Positions 21,661 to 34,403 are shown, counted from the stretch's first letter. The stretch is DNA of 64,000 bases from Utricularia gibba (GCA_002189035.1 NEEC01000007.1:1364001-1428000); one strand, 5' to 3'. Notes: a model not told the origin generated them from the letters alone. Translations and numbers: made by a program.

Positions 21661-22958
21661 ATGTCTGGAATGGCCCTCCAAGATAATGCTGCGGTTTCTA
21701 TGCCTGATACGATGAATGGAAGTGCCAACAAGTGTAATCTTATCCATGTGCAGACTACAAAGGTAAAAGTAAATTCTGATGGAGGAGAAAGGAATGGAAT
21801 TCCTGTGATTGCGAGTACTCTAATGAAACTAGAAGGAACTGAAAATTTGGAACCTGCTGTGGTGACCACTGAGATTGAGTACATTGAATCCGAGGACTTG
21901 AAGGACGTGAAAGATGTGGACAGTTGCGTCAAGGTACTATTTCTTTTGTTTCTGACTTCATTTGATTGTGACACTTGGTAACCAGAGTTCTCAAAAGAAA
22001 TTCACTCTGTTTATCAGTCAATGTTTGTCGAGCTTGATTCAAAAGATTGGGTCTCTGTGTGCCATGCACTCAACAATTTACGTAGATTGTCATTGTTTCA
22101 TGAAGAATCAATTATTAGCAAATTGTAAGTATTATCCTTATGTACTTTATAATGTTAAATGTGCTCATTGTTTAGTTCTGATATCGTGGTTTCTTTAACA
22201 GGAGTGATATTGTCCCTTTAGTTGTGAAATCTGTAAAAAATCCAAGAAGTACTGTATGCAAAACTGCAATTATGGCTTCTGAAGACATGTTCCGTGCTTA
22301 CAAGGATGGCCTCATTGATTCTCTTGACGCTTTGGTACTAGCATTTCACCTTGCTCTTGCCCCCCCTTTTTTTATTATCTCCCATTGTTTCCATGACATT
22401 TATATTGTCCTTTCGCAGCTCGTGCAGCTTCTTCTAAAATCTTCACAGGACAAGAAATTTGTATGTGAGGCAGCTGATAGTGCATTGGTGACCCTGACGA
22501 GCTCCGTCTCACCCCTTCTGCTGTTGCCCAAGTTACAAACTTACATAAGGGACAGAAATCCTCGCATCCGTGCTAAGGCTTCCTCATGTATCTCTCGAAG
22601 TGTACCCGGCTGGTAAGAGGCTCTTGTTCCCATTTCAATGACTAGGATGCAGATGAATGAGCCCATTCATGTGGCGAGTTTTCTATTGTTTCAGGGTGAC
22701 GATGGAATTAACACATTTGGCATACAGAAACTGATACAAGTCGGTGCTTCTCAGCTATGCGATCAGCTCCCTGAATCCAGAGAGGCAGCTCGTGCATTGT
22801 TGCTTGAATTGCAAGCTGCTTATGAACGATCCCATGTTGCCGAAACAACTCTCTCTTGGAAGCATTTTTGTGAATCAGAGCTTTCATCATTGAGTGCCCA
22901 AGCAGTCCTTCGGGCTACAGGCATCTCCAAGGAAGTGGTTGGTATTGATTCTGCATAA
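21661..22958 (+). CDS. Single-TOG/CLASP-N ARM-repeat protein (TOGARAM/At3g01450-like), 5 exons, one apparent frameshift
   Basis: Motifs EIEYIESEDLKDV, SKDWVSVCHALNNLRRLSLFH, KSVKNPRSTVCKTA, LLKSSQDKKFVCEAA, RNPRIRAKAS and QLPESREAAR. Confidence 0.9.
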
Positions 22959-23295
22959 CATCAGCGCTCACTGTTCACTGGGAATTTAGACATCTGTTAT
23001 ATTGCTTCATCTCAATGGTTCGTACATGTAAATACCTCGCGAGCATGGAGATTCTTGAAGGTTTTGATCAACAATTCTATCCCTTTCTTTTGACTCCTGG
23101 AGCAGGGTACATCCATCGGTTTCATGACTACTATGCCAACAGGGAACATGAACTGGGGCCGAGACAGACATCGGCATTATACAGAGAAAGTATTGCATTG
23201 AAATTCCACATGTTACACCAGTGCAGCTTCCATTCCAAGAGCATGAAGATGGCGGACTGAAGTCATAAAGGCAATGCATACAGACAAGGTGAATC

Positions 23296-26200
23296 TTATG
23301 AATGAGCAGCCTTGCTCCCATTCTTACCACTAGCAGGCTTTTGGAAAGAGAAGTCATCTGTGTTCACAGTATGTTCGTTTTCCGCATTTCCTGGAGCGGT
23401 CGAACTCGAACCTGCTGGAGGAGTAGATGGCTCTTCAATGTCAGAAGTGCTGGAGGCTTCATACCCAAATCCACCAGACGAGTGTCCGGTCGTCCTGTGA
23501 CGGCGGAGGCGGCCACCGGATTGGTGGAAAGGTGAACTGCTCGAAGACATGGGGCTTGCACCACCGGCACTTCGAGCAGGGGACTTTCCTCCATGCTCAT
23601 GCTTCTTTTTCGCAGCATGGTGCCACCTCATGAGGGCCTTGGATGTTTGCTCATCGAAGATGGATTTCTTCATGTGCGATCCCATCTGTTGTTACCAGAT
23701 ACCAGAGCTCCTTCTGAGCTTTACACTCACCGAAGAACCAGTTTTGATAAATCAGCAATGCAGGTTATATGGTACCTGAGTCACTAAGGCATACAGTGGG
23801 AGGGTGATGTAGCTGCACAAGAAGAGTACTCCGACCCTGCATAGGAAGAGTCACTAAGGAATACAGTTACTGATTCTCTGATACTTTCGACACTGTGTTG
23901 ACTTTTTTAACGAAGATGTGTTTCTTACCCCAAGCAGATTTTGGTGATCAGAAGCCCGAAGTTGTCATGGAAGCAGGAGAAGAGACCATACTCATACTGC
24001 CATATGAAGGATGATGAGGCTCATGGTTTTACATGGGAAAAACAGGAGCAGGAGGAAGCTAATTACCCAAATCCATAAGAAGTATGTGAGTTGGAAAGCG
24101 TTCTGCCAAAAGAGCAGAACCAGTTAGCACAGAGACTGAAGCACAACAAATGCCATGGAAGTTGTATAGAAACAATTTGATGCTGTTTCTAACCTGAAAC
24201 AGTGCAAAGTGGATGAGATGAAGCACCAAACGAGGGCGGCCGAACCAGAAGTATCTGTCTGAGCCTTGCACTAGAGGCATACCTTGGACCACAGCATGCC
24301 TGTCCATAATCTCCAGCGCCATTTTGGTGAGAATGGATTGCAGTTCTGTTCCCACAGCCAATATAATCTGCGGAACAACCGATCGTCGGGTTTCCCGTCT
24401 TCGTTCCACACTTTTTACATGAAATGAGAGACACACTTACAACGGGAGGGATCAGTGATACCCAAAACAGCGCTTGCGACCCTGACATGAACCATGGATG
24501 ATGCTAAGGTAAGAGCTGTGTTTTTTAGAAAAAAAGAAAAAAACAGATGAGCATCTTGTGCTTACCGTTGATGTTTATGAGCAGGAACACCAAAAACGAC
24601 CCCCACAAGACCGGGCTGCCAATGTTAAAAAACTCAGAGACCAAACAGCATGAATCTGCTACAAGCAGTCTGCATTTACCTTACTCCAACGGCAACCTTA
24701 AAGTCATCCTCCAAAGATCTTTGTATGTACTTCTGGAAGTCAAACTTGGTTCCAGGAGCCAAATGGACCTTTTGAAAACATGCATGACTCTTTCTAAGCA
24801 AGAATCACAATGTAAGTTTAACAGCTGAAACATCAGCGAAAGAAACTCACAGAGATGAACCCGTTTCGCAACGTCAGGTAGTCGGATTTACTGACTGACC
24901 TAAAAAATTGTCTAAAGAAGCAACCCTGCATCATGAAAAATAAAGCAGGTTATGCTAGTGTAAGAACACACAATTTAGCCTTGTCTTGGTAAAACATATT
25001 CTTTGTCTCACAATGTAAAAGAACACTGGCACACGAGTCCAAAAGCTAGAGTGTGCTTTAACAAATGATGTTTCATGAGCAAGTCTAAACCTTGAAGGAT
25101 CTGTTGGTTCCACAGAAACGAGTGAGTCAAATGTAGGATCTCCATTGTGTTAAAACAATAACTTTTTTTTTTCTCTGAGGAATAAAGAAACATGGGATAT
25201 GTACATTTGTGTACCATTTGAAAATTCATAGTCATGTGTTGAAGTTTCCTGTTCCCAGTGTCTCCAGCCCCTTATCTGCAGCAAATGCATATCAGATTGT
25301 AAGGTAGCAAGTTAGGTTTGATAAAAGTCAGTGGAACCATTACAAACAAGGCTGCAAATAAGTCACAAATGCAAACGAGGTGACACGTTTTATCACCTTA
25401 AGCCGGCCGAGAAACATTGTAATGGCACTGTAAACCACATGGATAACAGCTAAAAAGAAAATAAGTATGTGTATCTGGTGAAGTCCATCCACTGATATAA
25501 GTGGCACTTGCCCCTACACACAAAATATCACAATTCATCCAGTAGAACTAGAAAAAATGACAAGGAAAACAAGCACACAAACACAAGAGATTGAAAGATC
25601 ATAAAGCAGATGTCAGTTTAAGTAATGAAATAAATGTGACAAACTTTAAAGATTACCTTTTCACATTCAGCTGGCAACGCACCTGCCAAATTTCGACGTT
25701 CATACCAGAGAAGTTTACGATGATTAGTACCTTCATTCTTTCCCTTTGGAGGATTTAATGCACAAGGCAGCATTGTATTGGCAACATTCACAGGTATGCA
25801 TATGGCTGCAATGTAATACTGGGAGAACACAAGAATCAACGAGATGAAGCCAAGTATCATCAACTCTGCCACACAGAAAACAAGTTTTGAGCAAAAATCC
25901 ATCTTAAGTAAGCAGCAATTATCCGGAGATCAAAGGCCACCTGCTTTAATCTTCTCCAGAGCCTCATAAATAGCCCTCTTGTGCTTTTCCGTCAACCACT
26001 ACAAGATCCAGCAGAAGAGAGCAAACCCATTAGCGTTGGATCACGTACTAAAAAAAAAACTTGGATAAGCATCATACAGGGTCCAAATGTCAGGCTCGTA
26101 ATCCTAAAAAAGCACAACGGGGAAAGAAACTGAAATGAAGGGCGTGCTATAAGCATATCCATAACCATCACCCTACCTCTCCAAGTTTGTGCAAAACTTT

Positions 26201-26299
26201 TTCCAGGGCTAGAGATATCAGAATGATAGCAGCGCAAACTCCAGCCACGGCCCATGTGGGTGTCTGATCAAGTCCCCTCTCATCGCCGTACCCAGCCAT
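23296..26299 (-). CDS. MLO: MLO seven-TM protein (MLO7/8/9/10 clade), 15 exons, intact
   Basis: Motifs [74 protein letters not shown] and a CaM-binding region ([11 protein letters not shown]). I checked every junction and all are in frame. Confidence 0.97.
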
Positions 26300-26969
26300 A
26301 CCCAGAAGCAAAATCCTCTTTCCCAACTTCAGAATTCTCAGTCACTCTCCTGGGCAGTTAGATTTCAATGCCAAATGTGTACAGTAAATATATAGAGACA
26401 GGGATTAACTTGACCGGCCCCTAAAAGAGAATGACCCCACGACAACGTACGTTTGAAAAGTCCAGCGCATGGAAAAAGTTTCACCGACAATGGGTTAAAC
26501 CGCGTCTTCCTTCCTCCACCTTTCCATTCTTAGTGACCGTGGGGGCGAAGCGAGATCACTGTAAGTAAACTCCTTCAAACAGCTTACTGACTGTACCAAG
26601 ACAGCGGTTTTTGTAGCTGAAAACCGTTTGGCGGTTTTAGATTGAACCGGCCTGCAGCTGCAGTAAGTAAAATAGCTGTAAATTTTTTTTTCTTTTTCTA
26701 AAATTAAAAAAGGAGAGAAATAACAAATAGAATCGAAAACGATTTTTCAGGTGAAATATGTCGAATAAAATTAAACATAGATTTTAAAAAAGTGAATAAA
26801 GTAATGCTAATAATTGATGGAATACAATTTTGTCGATTTTTTAATTATTAATAGTCTAAAAAGCTTGGTCTTATTATTTACATGTCAGATTTAAAATCCC
26901 GCATGTCACCTGCTTTTGCGCCGGCGGCGGATCCACTCTTGACACGTGTATCTAATTCCGGTTTCTGGG

Positions 26970-27140
26970 TCATAAGCAACGCCCACCTCCGATCTTGTCA
27001 ACTCCCTCGGGCATCCATCTGATTGTTCTGGCTTCGGAATCAAGGCGAGTTTCATCGGCTCCCGGACCGGAGTTTGTCGCTACGGCAGCTGCGAGTACCG
27101 GCAAAACAGCGACGAGGAGACGGAACAGAAGCCTAGCCAT
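26970..27140 (-). CDS. Candidate small secreted peptide, 56 aa, family not recognised
   Basis: MARLLFRLLVAVLPVLAAAVA-TNSGPGADETRLDSEARTIRWMPEGVDKIGGGRCL*. It has a basic n-region, a hydrophobic h-region and an AVA cleavage site. The ATG context is ttcaATGG and the DNA is a GC-rich island. Confidence 0.5.
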   Translation of the reverse strand: MARLLFRLLVAVLPVLAAAVATNSGPGADETRLDSEARTIRWMPEGVDKIGGGRCL

Positions 27141-27276
27141 TGAAATCAAGCTCAGGCACCAGAGCTACTCTTTCAGGTTTGAATGCAAATGGGGAACACT
27201 CGTCTTGTTCAGAACTGAGTTCATGATGCTGAAAACTTCGGTAGTTTGAACTTCCGATGAACTGCGTCCTTGTTGT

Positions 27277-30200
27277 TTATGCCAGCAAGAGCAGATCCTG
27301 AACCATCTCTCCGATCATGTTCCTCATGATGTGGCTCTCAGTGTCTTTAACAATTCCACTGATATCATCATCTACACCTCTGAACCAAGGGTTGGAACTA
27401 AAATCTTGGGCCACCATATTATCAACGGTGTAAGAAGATCTATCCGTCGGTGGGCGAAGGAAATCACCAATCATACTCCAGACTTGAGACAGCAAGCTCA
27501 TGCCATGCGGTGGAGGCATGGTGCCAACAACCTGTTTGATGTGTTTGGGAAGGCTCACTGTTGGCTCTTTTAGTATCATGGGGAGCACTTCATTTACCAA
27601 ATCAAGTATTATCTTGTGATTTAGTCTGTGACTCTCATCGCTGCAGCTTCTTCCAGCATCCTTCGTTTTTTGTCTGTAGGTCTCCTCCACTTCATCGAAA
27701 ACGCAACTGCTGATAGGCTTACCAAGCGGATCCCATTTCAGCAGAGACCAAGTAGATGCGTCAGAATAAAAACCAGCAGCCGTGAGCAATTCTCTAACGA
27801 AGTCTTCAGCTTCATCGTGGACATGCAGCTCAACTTCCGTATGCTGCTGATCCTTTGTTGTTTCCTCTGTTACGCGCCCTTCCAGTTGATTCAATTTTCT
27901 TCGCAGCTCTGCATTTTACATCATGTCAAATGAATGAATCCAAAGGCATGAATATTCGGTAATGAAGGCATAAACAGTGACACTTCAATGGGAGAAAAAA
28001 GAGATTCAAAAGCAGGGAGGGGAATGCTAATGCAGCAAAAGAATAGCTGTATACATCACCCAAGATACTTGAATGGTAACCCAAGAAGATAGAGACGTTT
28101 CACAAAGAGTTGCAGGACACTTGGAATATGCATTGCATAAGATGGAGGCTACCTATGACTCCAAGTCTTACCAGAGGAAAATCTGTATACTATTCCTAAC
28201 CATTTACCATTCTGGAAGCAAACTAACCATTCAAATTGGAGTTAATTTCTTTCAAGACGAATGGCAAATCAATATCCTCCGGATGGGTTCCATTTGATGA
28301 TATTATGGGGCTGCAGTTATCAGTTACCCTCCAGAATTCTTCATGAGCACTACTGCACACAGAGGCAGGGCTTGGAGGACTTCAGTAGAATTTTCCTACA
28401 CGCGGAGTAACAAAAAAAGATTTAGATTATCTCAGATAGGTTTCTGTGCATACACTTTTGAGTGGTAATCCTCACATATTCTTCGGAGTAGGTCGTTGTG
28501 GCCATTGAACAGCAAGTATCAACTCTCATGGCATTGCTTTCATTCAGAATGGTTTCCTCCAGAGATTTAACTCTCCTGCCAAACAGCTTCCCTCTGAGCG
28601 TCAAGCTGTATCTTAAATTTGAAACCTTTTCCCTTATGTTGAGTCTATCCCTTTTTTGTTTCTTATTATTCACATACACCTTTTCAGATGCTTCAGGTTT
28701 CCACCTTAACTCTTCCTCAGTCAACAAATTCCCTTCCTCTAACAGTAGCTTTCCAAATGATTTCGTGGATACGGGGGCAGATAAAGATCTTGTGAGATGG
28801 CTAGGTGAAAGATCCTGGTTGTATACTCTGCCTTCATCCCGATCCCGTCTGAAAGACCAGCTCTGTCTATCCAACTTATCCGTTAAACCATAAGGAAAGT
28901 CCCCGTCATTTTCCATCCATGTTTCTCTTCGCGGACTGGCTTCAAGTTTCTTACTTTCTGATATGTATACAGTTGACAAATATCCATCATCCACTGGAAT
29001 TTCCTTCTCTGTTTCTCCATTCATAATGCTCCTCATTTTACTCGTTTTGAATCTCCTAGTATTGGACTCCACATAACCTGTCTCATTAATCTGGATTTTG
29101 TCTTCAGGTGGTCTTGTTGACTCTGACTGAAGCATATTCATACAGATGTCCTTGATACGCTATTCCTCACTTCATGTGCTATACGCCGGGCTACCCTTAT
29201 TGACTCTGATGGTGGCTTCTCCCTATAAGGTGTTTCAATTCCTCCTCCCCTAATGGTTGTGCTCCTGGTAAGATGCTTGCCTTGGTACTCGGACTTCAGC
29301 TTTTCCCTTACCTCTTCAAGAAAATCTGTAATGTTACCTTTCTCCACTGAGCTTACTGGTGTATTGTTCAGCGAATCCTCATCAATATCAAGCCTGTCAG
29401 AGCCAGGCCTTAAAAGTACTATCTTGGATAAGGCTGAAGCAGAATCTAGTTTTGGAGTCAAGGTTAGGAGATTGGGAGAAAGCACTTTCTTCTTTTTGCA
29501 GCTACCCAGTGTAAAATCTCGTTGGTCTGATTGCTCAGAAAGATTCCTGTGTTCCTTAGAGCTCCCAGTATCCGATATTCTCTTACAGTTAGAATAGGGA
29601 AACCTTCTTTCCCTGCTTGGCTCCTCCTTTCCAAGTAACTTAGCTGGAGCATTCCTACACCTCAAAACCTTCGAACATTCAATAACTCTCGCAGCTTGCC
29701 ATGCTTCAAATTCTTTCTTGAACTTCTGCAGTTCCTCTTCCTGTGGGTGTACTCGTTTCATCGGCTTGGATTTCAAATTATTGCCACAGTTATCAGCAGG
29801 TGGAATACTGCCAATAGAGCCTTTTCCATCTGTGATCTTATCATTGATCTTCGCATTCAGAATCTCACTCTTGGTATCATATGTCCTTGGACCAAGGTTT
29901 GAGTCAACGGGCAGCATATCAACACCCATTAGACGAGCTACCACACTTGGTACATTTCGCCTGTTGCCTGGTCTTTTGATCTCTTCTCCGACTTTCTTCA
30001 CTAGATGTTTCGTTGAAGAGAAGCTTTTCAAGTTATCATGATACTGAAAGAATGTTAACAATCAAGAATCATCAGAGCATGAAACGCATGTATGCACTTC
30101 ATGCAAAATGAATGTCAATGGGAAGATGGGACAAGTGGTGTGAGTTTAGTCTGGGATGGCACAGAGGGGGGTGATGAATGACCCTGAAAAAAGAAAATTT

Positions 30201-30998
30201 GAAAGGCAGATACCAATGCAAGCAGAATCATGCATGATCCGGATGGAATATCCAACTTTGCTACATTGAATGATCACAGCATATCCTCAGAGACAAACAA
30301 TTCCACAGAAGAATGAAAAACACAGATAGATAACAATGTGAAATGTTTATATGCAAGTTAACATGTACAGTCTAATCAGGGACAAGTTCAGCAGCAACAA
30401 ATATATATTCAAAGTGTAAAATTGGGATCACTTCCGTGATTCCAAGTGTAAAAGAAATGGTGGGATGGCCTAAACGAGCGAGAAGCATACAAAGAGATGC
30501 CATATGATGGGAGGAGAAGCTGGAGCTGAGCTGCTAGGGTTTCTAAGGTTGCAATTTGTAAGGATGGTACGAAAGATGAGATCTCTATTTACCAAGTTTA
30601 AGCAAATGCCCAATAAAAAATGACAAACGAGGATGGGCATTACCAGTATATTGTTTCTAGCAGTATATACGCTATAGGTTGTCTCAGATGGCATATCTGC
30701 ACTCTTTGGAGAAGCTCCTAAGACTGAAAAAATTTGTGTCAAATATCAGTGCTGCGAGTAAAACACAGGAAAGAAGAGCATGGATTTTTGCAACACCGAG
30801 TTGATCTTGACAAAAAACTATAGTCACTGCAGCAAGTATATTCTTGTATCGCCACAAGTATAATGGTATCCCAAAAGTACCATTATATTTATAAAGCTAG
30901 GAAGCTTCAGAATCAAAGAGAAGTTCAAATGCATGATGATGATTGAAAGTCGACTTACAGTTACTATCCCTCTTGTGAATGACAACCTTCCATGCCAT
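27277..30998 (-). CDS. TRM: TON1-recruiting-motif/LONGIFOLIA family protein (TRM26-like; VARLMGL and DUF4378 motifs), one apparent frameshift
   Basis: Motifs NVPSVVARLMGVD, HPQEEELQKFKKEFEAWQA, KIVLLRPG, LTRSLSAPVS..FGKLLLE and a DUF4378 tail (KIILDLVNEVL...LLSQVW). The N-terminus MAWKVVIHKR is spliced through two small exons. Confidence 0.9.
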
Positions 30999-31857
30999 TC
31001 TATATTCTTTGGTTCCAAAGAAACGGAGAATCTTCCCTAGCAAGCACCCTGAAGCTGAAGGAAATGGAGAAATTAGACAGCCCGGTTTTAAACAAGCCCA
31101 AATTGTTTCTCCTCTTACACTAAGTGTATCATAAAGATTGATTATTACTGCAAACTAACTATTCAGTAGATCAAAGATGACGGGGCAAGATTATAAGCAA
31201 AAAAAATTAAGAAGTGATCCCCTTGCATGACATGAGAAAACGCCTATCATTCAAGGGCTCGCAAGGGAGGGCAGAGGCAAATCAAACAATGAACACAAAC
31301 TCTCTGTTTCCTACTACAAAAAAGATTGGCACATCACTTCACGATCACCCATTTACTGATCAGCCACTAACCCAGTGGTCATCATCAAAACATTCCAGAC
31401 GCAGGCGATCCCTCAAAAGCCCAAGAAACCGAAACATTCCCAGCATCATCTTACATCGCATTTCGATGGCTAGACATTTAATTCGAGATAGCATCGAAAT
31501 GCACAGAAGTCACATCTAGGTACAAAGAACCCACCTTGCTTTCAATCCAAGCGATGAGCCTCCCCTGGAAGCGAGTGAGATGCAAAGTACGTAAAACCCA
31601 GATAAGATGCGATTGGAGAAGACGAAGAGAATAATAATCGAACGCAATAATGATGGGGGGTGTGGGGGGTGAGGAACAAAAAAGTAGCAGTTTACAGCAA
31701 GACAATCAACCCATTGCTGGAGATCGCCACCATTCACCACACCATGGCCCGACCCCATCCATCATCATTAACTCATCCCCTACTGTCATCCTGGGAATAT
31801 TTTTTTCAATAAAAAAACACACCAACTTACAAAAAAAAAAAGAAAAAGGAAGAAGAT

Positions 31858-31878
31858 GAAGAAGAAGAAGAAGAAGAA
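31858..31878. repeat. (GAA)7 microsatellite in the TRM leader
   Basis: Read directly. Confidence 0.85.
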
Positions 31879-34001
31879 GAGACAGCAATCCAGTGCTCAC
31901 ATTTTCTGCTCCGGATTGGTGAGACCCAAGGCAGTGCAGTGCAGCGTGCAGTAGACGATTGTCGCCCAGAGGAAACAACGACAGCGTCTTTTCATGAGCT
32001 GGAAAAAGACGATACTGTCCTCGAAAGAAACCGTCGCTGTCTCCGGGACTCAACAATAATTCCAAATGGAAGAAGATGTGCGGGCAGGGGTTCGGTCAGG
32101 CCCTGGCTGCATTCCACGTATCCCGTCCCTTCCCTCCTGCCCGTGAACGCATAACGGTTACCAACTTCCCGTTTATGCCTCGGTGTCTCCGTACGCGACT
32201 ACTCCTATATTTAAAAATATTTTTTAAATATTCTAAAATCAAATTTCAAATATTTTACCTACCACACACATGTTTAAAAAAATATCTTTATTTTTTAATC
32301 ATAAAGACAAATCCCTATGCTCAATATGATCATGTGTGTCTAGGGTTTGTGTGCTATTAAATATCCACATTTTGATATTTTAAATGGAGTAAATAAATAA
32401 AGCTTAATAAAAAGGCAGAGAAAAAGCGAGGGTAGGGTTCCCGAAAAAGGTGGCGGTCTTTGTTCCAACTTCAGACACGTCACGTGCGCGCTTGTCGTAG
32501 TTAGCAATGGAATATACCGTCCAGCTGTTTTCAATTTTGTTAAATTATAAAAAAAAAATATCTGATTTTTAAACAGTGAGAATCATTTATAATTAGTTTT
32601 AAAATAGTAAAAAAAAATGGAAATTAAATATATAGTTTTTATTAAACATAATTAGTTGGTGTCTTTTTCGAAGATGATGAAGGCAAAAGGGGGGAGAAGC
32701 GAGCATCCATGTCGATGGCTGCAAATGAATGCATGATCATCATTCGGGCCATGCCCATGTGCATGTTGTATTAATGAATGTTTGTTTTGTGTGAAAGTTA
32801 ACGAGGGGCCATCAACATAATAATGTGTCTTGGACCACAACCAAATCATAACGTGACTATCCATCCATCCATCCCCAACGTGAGCATGTGATGTGAGCAC
32901 CATTACATGATGTGGCATCGCCAAAAACTCCATCATTTCACCATGTCATGGCTTCATCCATATGGCTGGAATGAAACAAAACCCTCTCAGTTTTACACTA
33001 ATTTAAATATTATTTAAATAATATTGCATGATACACACTACTTAAGAATATAAAACATGAAGAAAAATTGCAGGTCTGAGTGGGGACAAGTCCATGTTAC
33101 TTCGGGCCAAAATAAGCTGTAAATCCAGTAAAATGGGATGGTGGGTGCTTACATAGGCCCAAAGGAAAGCACCAAATCTTTTTGGACAATCTTCTCCTTG
33201 TTGGTCGTGAACAAAGAAAAATCTCATATTATAGTATTATTTTTTAGAATCCGAAGTACGATCTATGGTTGAAATCAATGTAATTCCAATCATGTATTGG
33301 ATTCAACCTTATCTTTTAAAAAACATAATTTAATTTTAAATCATTTCAGAATTGCCTTCGTTATAACTAATATAATATTATTTTTATAGTACTTTGAGTT
33401 CACCGGACCATTTGACTTTCATGACTCAACGTGAGAAATTTGAAACGAGGTTTGAAAATGATGTACTGGACGAATCATCATGCTTGTGAAGATACATTAT
33501 TAAAAGTTAATATAAGATCATTTTTTGAATATAAAAAATTTATACTATCAGACTTGTATAATTCAACACTATGGGTTCAAAACGATGTGATGTGAATAGT
33601 GTGAATGTTTTCGATATTCTTAATTATTTATAAATTGAATTATAGTTAAAAATTATGAATTCGATTTAATATATTATAAAGTAATTTAACTAAAATTCAT
33701 GAATAAATCGATTAATAAAACATTGGTTCAAAACATCCCATAAATATCTATAGCGCGTTGCATTATTTTGGGCCTAGCCCTAAACGTGGCTGATTGAGAA
33801 ATTACGAGATCATCCTCGCAGTCCCAATCGCATCGAATTCATCACGATTTCTTTATTTCAAGGGCTATGATACCAAGGACTGGCGTCCTGGGATAGGACC
33901 GTCATTTCAAGAGACCTAATTTGGTCATTCCACGTCCGGCCAAATTGGAAGCCCCAGCCTCCCGGATCTTGCCACGCGTCCCTACTCCTTACAATTTTTT
34001 A

Positions 34002-34250
34002 TCCAACGGCTCGCTACCCTTCCCAAACAAACACAGGGAAGGCACACTAATGCAAGGGATTAAAACGGCGGGACTTCCAGCCAATGAGACCCGTCCGATG
34101 GAGTTCACGCGGATTGATGACGTGGTAGAAACATTTCGAAATCCCGCCGAAACCCGGACTTCAATTTGGTTTGCGATCGATTTGAGAGATATTTTGACGC
34201 TCTTTCCTTTGAGACCCCTTATCCCTCCTTCCCTTTCACACACACAACGG
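34002..34250 (+). promoter_or_regulatory. HMGB promoter with MSA (AACGG) cores and a CCAAT box
   Basis: TCCAACGGCT at 34002-34011 matches the MSA consensus YCYAACGGYY. Further AACGG cores are at 34064-34068 and 34246-34250, and CCAAT is near 34081. Confidence 0.45.
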
Positions 34251-34403
34251 GCTCATAAAGAGGAGAGGCATATTACTCCACGCTTCATTCCTATCTTCTT
34301 TGCACAAGCGTTGTTCGGTGAGTTTCATATCAGTGGTAGAGCGCTCTCAGGAATCGGGTGAATTTGACCGTGTTTTTAATTTTTTCGGTTTTGTAGGCTA
34401 ACC

